The translations under genes were made by a program, and so were the position numbers. From Camelus dromedarius (lineage: Eukaryota): a stretch of 64,000 nucleotides of DNA. Position 1 is the first letter of the stretch. Each line of letters starts with the position of its first letter. The stretch spans positions 54,748,001 through 54,812,000 of the forward strand of contig NC_087437.1 in assembly GCF_036321535.1 (NCBI RefSeq), read 5' to 3'. Below the pieces are notes generated by a model that was not told the DNA's origin, did not search any database, and was given only the letters and a program-made list of their open reading frames with translations. Of the stretch, positions 38,690 through 51,460 are shown one piece after another.

Positions 38690-40736
38690 ATGACCATTTT
38701 CTTTACTTTTCTTTCCAGGGGTTGTGAATAGCTTATACCGGTACCAACAGTTTGAATATATCAATTTCTCCTCAGTCTCATGAGAATTTGGTGGCAGCCA
38801 TTAATCTGATTTTTTTAAGAATGCAAATGGTATCTGGTTATCTGTTCTTCTTTGCATCTCTTGGATTACTGTGGAGCTTGGCTGTTCTTCTGTACTTTCA
38901 TTTATTATCTGCATTTCAGAAGCTGATCTTCCATTGCTAGTGGTCATTTCCTGCCCCTCTCAGGTCTTGAGATAGTACTGGCAAGTTGATTTCAGGGCTT
39001 GTGAGTCCTCAGAAGACAGCCAGCAGAACCCTGCATGCAGACCTAGGACTGGCACCATTGTCATGGTGGTGTTTGACTCTTGTGTGATGTTCGTTTGGTT
39101 AAGTGACAGTGCCTGCAGCACTCCGTTCTTCAACAGCAGCTCGTCTGTTCACAGTGGTTCCTTTCATGAATGAGAACCAGTCCTGCCTCTCTGCTGTCAG
39201 TCATTTCAACACTGAACTGCATAAGGTGCTTTCCTCTGTAGACATATTGATGTTACCTTTTCTAGACATGTAATGGGACTGTCAGCTCTGTGGGGGCACA
39301 AGGAAAAATACACTAGAGCTTAGCTCTTCCACAGCTGCCATCACTCTTGGCTCCACTAGACCTGTCAGTAGTGAAAGTGCACTTTGTTTCTGTAAACACG
39401 TGCTGAACTGCAGGTAGGGAGCAGGAGCTGTGGTCTTTTAGGGGGACTATTAGGAGAAGGAAAGAGGATGGTTGAAAGGGAGTCAAATAGGACATGGTTG
39501 TTATAAGTTATACAGCAGCAGATAGAATCACAAGGAAAAGACGGAGATATTCTTTTAAAGGTGGCAGCATCTGAGGTTTATTTGAAGACTTGCATGTTCA
39601 GCTGAGAGACGCGGGAGTAATGATGTTGGTTGAGACAAGTGGGGAGAGAGCAGCCTGAGCCACAGGGCAGGAAGGTCCAGGCCACATCCAGAGCCCTGCA
39701 AGCAGCCTGGTGGCTGCAGACGAGGCCACTGAAGGCCTCAAGTGGGCCTTGGGCCTGGGAGGTTTCCTGTTGGCAGCCTGTGGACAAGTTTGAATGCCAG
39801 ATTAAGATATTAGCCTGTCTTTTACAGATAATGGGAGATAGTTGAAGATTTCCAAGCAGGGCAAAGCTACAATTCATTATGAAAAAGTTGCTTAGGTAAG
39901 AAGACAGACTCTGGAAAGATGCGAGAGGATGGGCCCAGATCTCAGAAATGTTCCCCAGCACGCCTTGCTTGCTTCGTAGTTTCTAACCATTGTTTGATGT
40001 TAAGCATATTTTCAGTTCTATCCAAGCAAATCTCTCAAGCCCAGTTTCTCAGGAGGACAAGACCACTGACTTTGCCACTGGACGTATCCGTGTTGAACTT
40101 AAATTCTTTTATGCCCTCTTCTGTTTTTAAAATACAGTTTTTGTTTAGTCTTTTCCTTTTCTTTCTTTCTTTCTTTTTTTTACTTCTAAATTCTCATACC
40201 CTAGTATGTACTGGGGAGATTTGGCTTAGAGGTTTTTGCTCAATATGGCCTTCATTCTTTGAGGCTGTGTCTACACATGCCTCCTGTAAGCCACTGCATT
40301 TTAATGGGTGTATTCAGCAGCCACATTTCTGTTTGCGCAATCTCTCATTGTGCACGTGGGCTCATCCTCACCGATGTTTGGACAGTGCTTTCCTGATGGT
40401 GAAGCACTTTCACACATACGCAGACGAGTGCAATATAGATGCCTCAACTCTGAGATACAGGCAATGTGCTTGTTTTGTGCATGAAGACGCTAAGACTTAG
40501 CAAGTAAGTGACTTGCCCTATGACATATCACTGCACTGTGAGCACAGTGGACCTTGAACTTAGGCCTGTGTTTGGTTTTTAAATTCTGCAACCAGATTGA
40601 AGATGTCCCTCTGAATGGTTTTCTTTTTAGGAGGAAAGCTGCACTCCAGGGACACTCTCACTCATGTGACCGGTCAGGGTCCCTTGAATATGGCTTTCAC
40701 ATAAAAGAAAACCATCCAAATGGTCAAAACAATTAA

Positions 40737-40895
40737 GGGGGAGGGGTATTATAGGTGTTGGGGAGTGGTTGGTACAACTCTTGGGTATAAGATAGGCTCA
40801 AGGATATATTGTACAACGTGGGGAATATAGCTAATATCTTGTAATAACAGTAAGTGGAAAGTAACCTTTAAAAACTGTAAAAATTTTTAAAAAAT
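40737..40895 (+). mobile_element. Short 5'-truncated L1-type 3' terminus
   Basis: gggtataagataggctcaaggatatattgtacaacgtggggaatatagc...A-rich tail; flanked by aaaacaattaa (40726-40736) and aaaaaaattaa (40896-40906). Confidence 0.8.
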
Positions 40896-43800
40896 AAAAA
40901 AATTAATTATGATAACCCTTAGTAGAACAAGTTGATATTTACTTTCCATGTGCCTGCTCCCTTCAGAAATTAAAGAGCAAACCATTCTAACTTCTTTATG
41001 ATTCTAATTTTGGAAAGCAAGAGTTAATTGGGCGATGCAGCTCATTCTTCTGAATTATCTTCACTCTGATGGAACTGAATTAGATGCGTTAGTATTTATT
41101 GGTTAACATAATTATATGCTGTGAGAACAATAATCACACACTTACAATATTAAAAATGCGTGCCAAGAGAAGATGATTCTGCAGTAGACTGTGTTGTGTT
41201 GTAATTAAAAGGTACTTGAAAAGTCTTGGAAATGTAGACTGTTAATGCCCAACTTTGATGTTTCCATTTTTGATCCAAAGCAAATTGCAAAACCTGTTGA
41301 ATCACCTGACTGACTACTCAAAGTAGGCTAGTAGGTCTGTGATTTCTCATCATTCGAGCACGTGTTGTGAGCTTTCTCAACCCCACCTCTGAGTCACCTT
41401 TGTAAGGTTGCTTTGACTTGTGGATCCAGGAGAAAATGATCATACACATGGAATGTTTGCACAGTAAGAGGTCCAAAGTTGCTCTATTCACATAACAACT
41501 TCCAAAAATGTCTGAGCTCCTGAAAATCAATTTTATGGGATATTTTCTTTTTCCAAAGGAGCATTTTCTCCTCTCAGATTTCCCGACTTTATTTCTGTTC
41601 ACTTATTTACTTGTACTGTTATTTGGGAAATATGGCTTCATTTCCCATTTTCATTCCTTTGACTAACATTTACTGAGATCCCACTGTGGATTAGGCATTG
41701 GAAATACAAAGGTTAAAATCAACATGGCCTTGTTCTAGAGTAATTCCTAGTCTTACAGAAGTGACAAGCACATGAACAATTCAAAAGGACACAAGAGAAG
41801 GGCTTCGATTTGCTGCTACTTTAAGTTATCATGTGAGTCACCAGATATTGAAGTTGTGGAGGAATCAAACATAGGGATATCAACAGTATTCTTTATGCTT
41901 CTCTAGGGAAGTGTCAGGCAGGAACGCACAGGGCAGGCAGAGCTTGAGTTCCCTTGGCAGCATGTGCCGTGGGAAGGGGAATGGGAGTCAAGGTGCGAGA
42001 ATAACAGGAAAGAGAAAGTCAAGGAATATTGAAAGTGAATGCTTTGTTGGAAGAATAAGATAGTTCAATGTGGTATGTGGTATTTGGAGTTCAAAGTGAA
42101 TGGCAGATGAAATCACATGCACTATTACCTTCTTGATGCTCAAGGACTCTCATAGTAAGAGGGGAAATTTGGTGGGGGGTATAGCAACAGGGTTTTTGGC
42201 TATAGTGGGTTTGGGGGTAACGCCTTTAGCAAATTTTACAGAAGATATAAAAATACACATCTGTGCCAGCCACTGCACAAAGTAATGAAATTAAACTACC
42301 TTAGTGTTTAGCACTGAAATTTCTAGTCATTTTAAAACATGGGTATTAGGGAGTAGTTTTAGAAGAACAGGAGTGAGAAGTGCAGAGGTGGCTGTGGGGT
42401 GAACTGCAGACTCACTGTGATCTTAGAGCGTCACAGCTTATAGAGGTCGTGTGGCCAAACTCTTAGTTTACAGAAGGAAGATTTTGTCTAGAGAGAGAAA
42501 GAGAATTGCTCAGTGAGGCTCAATCAGAGGCAGGATCGATGATTTTTGTTTGTTTGTTTTCCCTGAGCCGTGACATAATGGTTCTCTGTGGATGCTAAGC
42601 TCAAGCGAGGGGCAGTTTGGGTCCCTTTAGTATAACTAGTTTATTCCAAAATGTCTCTCTTTTGTGGTACTTTCTTTAAAACACAGCTTGGAAACAAAGA
42701 AGTGGGCAACTCAAAAGCGTAACTTAAAGGTAAATAGAAGTTTTATGACAGTATGTAGTGTCTTTGAATTAGTCTGTACCTAGAATTAGTACATATCTAG
42801 ACCCCAGCCACCTGACATTCTGCTGCTAGTAAAAGGACAGCTGCAGCACAGGAAACTCTCTTGATTTCTTAGAGGACAAAGGGTAAATCCATGGGCTTAT
42901 GATTTCACTCCGCTTCTCTTGACGAAACCAGGGCCAGAGTGCTGGTCTTCTAGTTCCTGGTACAAAGCTGCCTTTTCTTCCCCGCACTGAGTTTGGTAGG
43001 GTTGAAGCTGGTACCTAGGTGACTTGGAAGAACTTTCAGACATTTTGTATTAAGGGTAACTGGAGATTTAGTATTTTTGGATCAAGTTGCTTTGGAATTG
43101 GACCAGTGTGATTTCACTACCCTCATTTAGACTAGTATTAAAACATTTGGAGAGATTCCGGGGAAAAGGATAGGGTTGAACATAGTTTGATAGCCTAGAC
43201 TCCACATTTGCCATTAAGAGGAGCACTGTCTTCTCAGTTGCATGTGGTCACCTCTCTAAAAAGAGCTCCAGTTGTGCAGATTCTTCACATCGCCAGTCTG
43301 AGCTTCCTTTTCTTTACTTCTAAAGTGAGCATGGTAACTACAGTTTTTCCCCTTTGGCAGAGATACCATAGTATTCTAGAGTTACAAGGAGTAAGATGTT
43401 AGCTTTGAGCAGCAGTCCACTCAATCCTTCCCATTCTGTTTAGGGACTGTTAGCTTGTGTCTGGAGCTTGCTTTAAAAGCTTTGGGTCTTTGAAGGTTTG
43501 GGACTTTTCCTTTCTGAATGCTGGGCACCCTGTCAATGATATATCTATTTTTTTCATTTAAAGCATTTAAAAAATATTGTAATTTCTTAGTCTGTCTGGA
43601 AACTGAGTGCATACGTGCTGTTTGGTCACATGGACACGTCTTGAATTGCAATCCGGTGCTCCCACACTGAGTTCCTTTCTTAAAGCAGTAATCTATGAAG
43701 CAACCTGAGAAATTATTTCAGGTGTGTCTGTGTTGTATGGAAGGCTTTTTATTAGGAATTCATGTGGCCTGAGGGCTTGCAGGCAGCATAATCAGGGTGG

Positions 43801-45185
43801 AGTCTTGTGGTGCCATGGATCTGTTCTCTTGTGCTCCATGTTCTAGCTTGTGAAAGCCATGAGCAGCTGCAGGGGAGATTAATTAGTAATTAAATGTTTA
43901 ATATTCCGTATTATTCTGTGCAACCCAAACATGTTGGCTACTGGGAGACGAAAGCTACAACTGGCTGATATTATGTAATGAAATGTGGACTGTCCCTGCT
44001 GATGGGACTTGCTGGTTCTTTGTTTGGTTTCTTGGGAATGGAGATAGAAATGGGGTCTTCTACTATGGAAAAAGAGAGACATGTGAATAGTGTCACCATC
44101 CTTTTCCTGTATTCCCCTGGGAAAGAAATTAGGTGCATACTGTGATTTGCTTTAAAACAAAAACAAAAACGCCCAGATTTGTCTATGTGTCTGTATTGTC
44201 TGCTTACTAATAGCTTTCTTTGAGAGCTATGGTAGAGGTTGAAATAGCGTAGAAACCTCATATATAAGACACTAAATGGAGCACAGTAAAATAAAAGTTG
44301 CAAAAATACCATTTTAAAAGAAAAAGGGGATCTCATTCTTTGCAGTGTCCATATTTAGAAGATCTGGGTTATTTTGAATTAGTCTGTACTTGCCAGGAAA
44401 CCTCAACAGTTAAATAACAATGAGGTGGGGGTGGAGGAGTGGTTAGCTGACTCAGAGCTGCATGCCAGGAGTTTGATGACGGGCAATTAATTTTTAGATT
44501 GTATATAATTGCATCTCAATAACATTTATACCTCCTCCTCCTTTTTTAGAAGATGATGTTTGTGTTTGTATCTTGTGTGACGAGCATGATAAAGTTAGCT
44601 TTTAATCTTTGTTTGGAGTGCCAGGAAAATATAACATTTCAGCGTGGAACTTCAGGGTGAACATCTACCTTGGACTGCACCTTTACAAAACTTTTGCCCC
44701 CAAATGCCCATTTTACTCGCCCCAGTGAGTGTGCGGTGTCGGTTAGCTTCCAGCAGTGAAAAGGGAGGAATTAAAGCAGGCAGCTGCTGCTGAATACCCA
44801 GGAGAAGCCAGCTCAGCTGGAGCCTAGGGTGAGGATGGGGGTGTCTTCTGTCGTTCCCTGGCCATGGTCCCTGGGGTAACCTTTAGCTGTGACTTGTTTG
44901 CAAGACCTTGGCCCAGATATGATTGACTTACATTACACTGAGTCACTCATTCCAGGCACTGGTTTAAAAAGAAACTCACAAAGCTGCCTGTTGAGTGTCT
45001 CCGTTTTACAGCAGCATCTTAGTGGGAATAATTAGCCCCATGCCCATGCAGAAGCACACATCACATTTGTAAAATTAAAGGGCTTTCCTGCCAGGACTGG
45101 TGTCCCTACTCCCTTCCTCCTCTCCCACCGCTTAGATATTTGTTTTGGTAGGAGCCTTGGTCTGAAGCCCCATGGTCCCCTTTAA

Positions 45186-45415
45186 TTCCTTCTTCTTCTT
45201 CTTCCTCCTTCTCCTTCCTCTTCTTCTTCCTCCTTCTCCTTCCTCTTCTTCTTCCTCCTTCTCCTTCCTCTTCCTCTTCCCTTCTTCCTCTTCCTCTTCC
45301 TCTTCCTCTTCTTCTTCTTCTTCTTCTTCTTCTTCTTCTTCTTCTTCTCCTTCTCCTTCTCCTTCTTCTTCTTCTTCTTCTTCTTCTTTCTTCTTCTTCT
45401 TCTTCTTTTTTTCTT
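45186..45415. repeat. 230-nt pure pyrimidine (CTT/CCT) compound repeat
   Basis: No A or G from 45186 to 45415; contains three perfect 25-mers (45196-45270) and (CTT)13 (45308-45346). Confidence 0.97.
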
Positions 45416-48079
45416 AATTTAAAAGCAAATAAACAACAAAATACAAATCCAGCTATACTTTTTTTTTCTTTTAAACTCAAGATGATTAGATTTTACCATG
45501 GCAAATACATAGGAATGTTGTTTTAACAGAAAAAGCCATATCTCAGATAAGATATTGTTACTGTTTTGTGCATTTTGACACCCGATTCCTTTATATGCTT
45601 TATAGCCAAACTGAAGTATAACGATGAAATAAAATGGTCTCTCTAGACAGAAGGTTGGAGGTGGTTAATAACCAATCCTAGATATCACCATTTGTCATGG
45701 TGAGTAACTGGTCTGTCTTCCCCACAAAATACCACTTTGGAGTATAAGTGCTAAGGCTCTTTTCACACCGTGGAAAAATTATCCAGAAAGTTACACATTG
45801 CCTTTCAGTGAATATACTAACTACAAACACGAAACTTTAATTTGTTATGTTCCATAATGTGAACATACGTATTTCCAGTTTACATAAAACTGCAAGCTGG
45901 AATTTTCTTGAAATAAGAGATACAAGTTGGGCACTTACTGCTGTTGAACCAGCAGGTGTAATTTTCAGTGCAGACAGGGCCACTTGGGATTTGGAATTTG
46001 TCTCTTTGTGAATTTGACTTCTCTGAGGTCCCTGGGCCCTCACCCAAATATGTATCCAATTTTGCTGACATATTGGGGTTCAAGACCCCAGAAGAGAATT
46101 GGATTATGTTTTATTGTTCTAAGTTGCAGATTACTCAAATGTGAAGCAAAAATTCTAATAATTTTACCTCACAGAGTATACCTTATAGAGACCATATAAA
46201 AATGCAGAATGCCTTAATCTTGAACAGCAGAGAAATAATTGTGATAAATACAAGACTATGAAGTCCTTGAGGACAGATTATCTTTTGTTTCCTGGCACAC
46301 AAGGGGCATGCAAATTCATATTTGCTGAATAAATAAGTAAATGTTGTCATCAAATCCGGTAATGCTGTCAGTATTTATACCCTAGAAATCTGCTAGAGAA
46401 CCCGAACCGGAATTGCCACTGAGTTAGTGCATGACATAATTATAACTGCTTTCTGATTTTTCCATAATTAACAAGTATTTGCACCAATAAAAAATTAGTC
46501 CAGCTGAGGCAAATGAGTTTTGTAAGGACAGCTTAATGGTAGCTGCTGAATCAGCTAAAATGTTTACACTGCCTTATATCACTTGAAGGCAGTGCACTTG
46601 GTTGAAATGATGATGTTATCAGGGGTTATAATTCAATACTATAACTATTCTCTTAATATTGGGATGATATAAAAACAGACATCAAATTCTTCTCTGTATC
46701 CTCTACAGAAATGATAAAAAGAGAGGACCATTATATTACTCAGTGTTTCCTAATACAGAGATCAATGTGGTAAATTCTTTAAATTCAAAGATAAGAGAAA
46801 GAAAAGTTACGTAACTGATAAACTGATATATGCTTCCTTTCTTCAGAAAAAAGAAAGAAAGAAAGAAAAAATCTGCGGAACTATCATATGACTCATTCAC
46901 TTGAGCCTCCATGATTCATCTCCTTCCTTTACCGCATTATTTCTGATTCCTCCTGACCTGATGTTTGAAGTGTTATAAGTATATGCCAATTATAAGCCAT
47001 TTCAAAACTAATTAATTGGCTTAATATAATGTGTGCTTTTTAAAAGGAAATAAATTTTCTATCTATATGTGCCCATGAACATCCTTAAAAATATGTAACC
47101 TTCAGACTTATTTTAAAGAGAGAATTTAATTCTAGATGGGTTCTTTGCATATATTGATGGTAAACAATGGGTCCATTAAAGTAACATATTCTGCTAGTAT
47201 AAGCAAAATACAAGAATTCACTAAAGTGGTCTAAAGAGATAGAATATTTAGTTGTCCCTTTTAAGAAATGTGTTTCAGAAAGCTTGAAGTACTAGCAGGT
47301 GGACGTTTAAGCCCATTACCTGAATCATTTATAAAGCGTCTTGAACTGTTTCTGATTCCATCTTGATATTGTACTGGTTGTATGAAAATACTGAAAAATG
47401 TCACTTCTTAGGTACTGCTAGAGGTGCTAAGCTTCTTAGCAATGAGGAATCTTCTGGCTTTCTCTGCCACCCAACCTACACAGAGTGATGGTTCATTTCC
47501 TAAATGGCCGATTTATGTTAAATTGACCCTTACCAAGGCAGGCGAAGCCAGAGAACAGATTTTATTAATAGCATCCTGGATGACTTAATATTCTATGTAA
47601 TCCCAATTTTAGGGCTCCTTTTCTCCCCAGCCAGCCTAGCATAGCTAAATGTTATGATGCTTAACATTGTTTGGGGGAAGTCTACAACTAGCAAGTAGAG
47701 AGAAAAAGAGGGAGGGTCTGGGTGATCTGTTTGCACCTGTGTTAGAACAAGTGTCGTGGAGTACCTTATGAAGAAAGGGTGTGAAGGGAGGTGCGTCGTT
47801 CAGGTCATCACCTCTCTACCACACTCCATCATATCAATGGACAGGAGAGAAAGAAACAATATAATTTATGATAAAAAATTTCAGGAAAAGATTGAAATGT
47901 ATCTTGAAAACTGGGACTAGTAAAAGGTGGCTTCATGAAAAGAGAAATGTGATTTCAGAAGGTGGCCACTGTGTACGTTTTTTAAGAGCTGCTTGGAATC
48001 TCTCTCTCTCTCTCTTTTATTCATTGACTAGTTTGTTCACTCATTTATTTATTTATTTTTCTTTTAGTCACTGATTATA

Positions 48080-49722
48080 ACTGAACATAAATCTGTTGAG
48101 TTGTTGCATAAGATGAAAGAATACTCAAGCAAGTGGAAAGATACTCTGTGTTCATTGCTTGGAAGACATAATATTGTTAAGATGGCATGTTCCCCAGATT
48201 GATCTGTAAATTTAATTCCTGTCAGAACTCCAGCTTTCTTCTGTATAGAAATTGACAGGTGAATTATAAAATTCATATGGAAATTCAGAGGACCCAGAAT
48301 AGCCAAAACAATTTTGCAAAAATATGTAGAGACTCACACCTCCTAATTCCAAAACTTATGACAAAGTTATAGGAATCAAGCAGTGTGGTACTGGCATAAA
48401 GTATACATCTAGGCTGATGGAATAGAATTCGGGGTCCAGAAATAAACCATTACATTTATGGCAATTGATTTTCAACAGAGTTACCAAGATATTCAATGAG
48501 GGAAGAATAGTTTTTTTTTTGTTTCAACAGATACTGCTGAGACAACTGAGTATACACAAGTAAAAGAATAAAATTGGATCCCTACCTCACAGCATATATA
48601 AAAATTAACTTCACGGATCAAAAGCATAAATACAAGAAGTAAAACTATAAAACTTTTAGAAGAAAACACAGGAGCAATCTTCATAATCTTGGATTAGCCA
48701 GTGGCACCAAAACCACAAACAGCTAAAAAAAATTTGATACATTGGACCTTCTCAAAATTAAACACTTTTGTGCTTCAAATACCACCATCAAGGAAGTGAA
48801 TAAGCAACCCATGGACTGGGAGAATACGTTTTTATATCACATATCTGATAAAGGATTTGTATGTAGAATATATTGACTCTTACAACTCAATAAGAAGAAC
48901 ACAAATAATCCAACTAAAAAATTAAGAAAGGCTCTTAATAGACATTTCTCCAAAGATAAACAAAAAGCTAATATGCATAGGAAAAGATGTTTGATGTTAT
49001 TAGGTATCCAGGAAATAACCAAATCAAGACTATAATGAGATACCACGTCACATGCACTAAGATGGTTATAATACAAACGACAGACACACGTTTGCAAGAA
49101 TGTAGTGAAATAGGAATTGTCACAGGGTTTGGAGTTGCTGGTGGATTGTGAAATGGTGTAGCCATTTTGGAAAGAGTCTAGCACTTCCTCAAAACATTAA
49201 ACATAGAGTTATCACATGATCAAGCAGCTCTAATCCTAAGTATATATCCAAGAAAACTGAAATATTTATCCACATAAAAACCTGTAAATGAATGTGCATA
49301 GCAGCATTATTCATAATAGCCCCAAAGTAAAAACAAATATCCATTAATTGAAGAATGAATAAATAAAATGTAGTATGTCAATACAATTGAATATTATTAA
49401 TCATAAATTATAATGAAATACTGATACATGCTATATAACAGGTATGAGTCTTGAAAATTATGCTATATGAAAGAAGCCCAACACAAAAGACTTCATAGTG
49501 CATGATTCTATTTATATGATAGGCTGAGGAGAGACGAGAACAGGGAGTGACTACTAGTGGGGACAGTGGTTATTTTGGGAACGATCAAAATAGTCTGGAA
49601 ATTAGACAGTGCTATTGATTGCACAATTCCTTGAATGCACTAAAGACCACTGATTGTACATTTTTAAAGAGTGGATTTAGTGATATGTTAATTATATCTC
49701 ACTTAAAAATTTTTAAAGTAAA
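48080..49722 (+). mobile_element. Older LINE-1 (L1MB-like), ORF2 3' part plus 3' UTR, heavily mutated
   Basis: aagtggaaagatactctgtgttcattg, aaattcatatggaa, cagtgtggtactggcataaa, atagacatttctccaaaga, and 3' UTR gggagtgactactagtgg...ctggaaattagacagtg...tgcacaa. Confidence 0.9.
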
Positions 49723-49900
49723 GCTCCATATTGAGCAGTATGCCTGGAATACAGATACAATTTTGCATGTTCCCCACTTTAAGGAAGCTCACAGTCTATT
49801 GGGAGAATACAGACTGACAATTATAGCATGGAGTGTACATGATAAGAAGGAAGCTCATATAGGATGCTGCTTGATGAGAAAGAGGGAGAACTCATCCTGG
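49723..49900 (-). mobile_element. L2 3'-end fragment; its tail appears to lie at about 48020-48075 on the other side of the L1
   Basis: ccccactttaaggaagctcacagtctattgggagaatacagac is the conserved antisense L2 3' motif. Confidence 0.7.
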
Positions 49901-51199
49901 AAGTCGTGGAAGCGTTCTGTGCCTCCTACCTTACTTGGATAGGAATCTCTGCAGATAGTGTCAGGCTTCCATGGAGCTCGAGAGAGCAGAACAGAGACTA
50001 ATATTTAGAAGCCAAGAGAGGCAGTCAGCACTATAATATAAGGACAGTACCTTCTTAACAGTAAGGACAGTTGAAGTTCAATGTAGGCTGTCTCGGAAGA
50101 TGGCAAGTCTGCCTTCATTAGAGCCATTTGAAATGATACTGTAGCATTTACCAAGTGAGTTTTTTAAACTCCCTAAAACCTCTGTTATTAACCTGAGTTA
50201 ATACTACATCTTAGAATTTAAATGAGGACTAGATGAAATAATGGGTGTAGATATAATATGTGAATATGCTATCTTGCGCATAATAACACTATTATTATTG
50301 TTGCTCTCACCACCATCATTATCAGATGAATTTTGGCAATAATGCTGGGAAAAGAATTCAGGCAACAGATGGGAGAATTGATTTGAATGATGCTAGGATT
50401 TTATGGTACTCTCATTCTTGGTCACAGGGTTTGGAGTTTTCTGTTCCCTGATATGAAACTTGGAAGGAAAGACAGACCTTGGTTCTATTCCAGGCCTCCA
50501 AATTGACTACTTCTGTGCCTAAGGCAAGCTACTCAGCCTCAATAATGATTTTGTGCTGTTTGCTGTGATAGCTAGTATAGATAGATGTGTGATTTATTAG
50601 AATTTTTACTGACAAGAACCTTCAATGACCTTGGAAGGTGGTCATAATGAACATCAGTAGAGCTCTGGTGAACACTGAGAAGGGTTATAGATGAACCAGA
50701 GTGAGGATCAAGCAGAAAGAGATGACTTCTTCAACCTTACAAAAACATGTCATCTCTTAAACAAGTGGAACAACTTGGTTGCACCACTAGAAACAATTAT
50801 TTAAGATGTCTTAAGAGGTCCAGAAATTCTGTGATTGGCCAAGAGATCCAGTGGGTAGTCCCTACCGCTCTCTGGGTCTGTTTCAATATCTGTAAATTGG
50901 ACCTGAGGAATGAGATGATCTCTCATGGTGATTCTAGCTTTGAGTTGGTATGGCTTTTGCCTTGTTTTAAAAGAAGAAAATACATATTGATTTTTCTTTC
51001 TGTCTTTTTATTCTTTCACCATAGAAGAGTTTTCTGTAAGACTGGGTTGAAGTTGTTGGGAGTCATTATGTGCAACCAGAGGGAAGTGTCTGCAAATTGA
51101 AGGGCCGAGTTCATGTTTTTCAAGATAATGTGGAACCAGATTCATAGTGTTCAGGATGATTTGGAGCCAACCTCGTAGAGTTTAAGATTATTCGCATTG

Positions 51200-51460
51200 G
51201 AGTATATTGTAGTGACTAAAATCATGGATTCTAGGACCAGACTGCCTTTAGTTAAAATCCCAACTGTACCACTTTCTATGTGACCTAGGATCAGTCATTG
51301 AAACTTTTTGTGCCTCAGTTTTTTCATCTCTGTAATGAAGATAATTATAGTATCTATTTCATAGGATTATAATGGGGAATAAATGAGTTACCATGTATAA
51401 AGTACTTAAAACAGTGTTTGGCATATAGTTAGCACCGTTTGCATTAGCAGGTCTTATTGT
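51200..51460 (+). mobile_element. Near full-length MIR SINE
   Basis: catggattctaggaccagactgcc...tgtgacctag...tgtgcctcagttttttcatctctgtaatg...aaatgagtta...aaagtacttaaaacagtg. Confidence 0.9.

Noticed and set aside
39919..40500. Longest ORF in the track (193 aa)
   Set aside because: Low-complexity Phe/Leu/Ser composition, runs through T-rich and decayed-repeat sequence, no recognisable domain; consistent with a chance ORF.
45106..45480. 124-aa Arg/Glu-rich ORF (- strand) and 81-aa poly-Ser ORF (+ strand)
   Set aside because: Both are simply translations of the CTT/GAA repeat; no splice or promoter support.
49740..49880. The mir-28 gene itself
   Set aside because: The seed is disrupted by an extra A and no 3p arm (cactagattgtgagctcctgga-like) follows.
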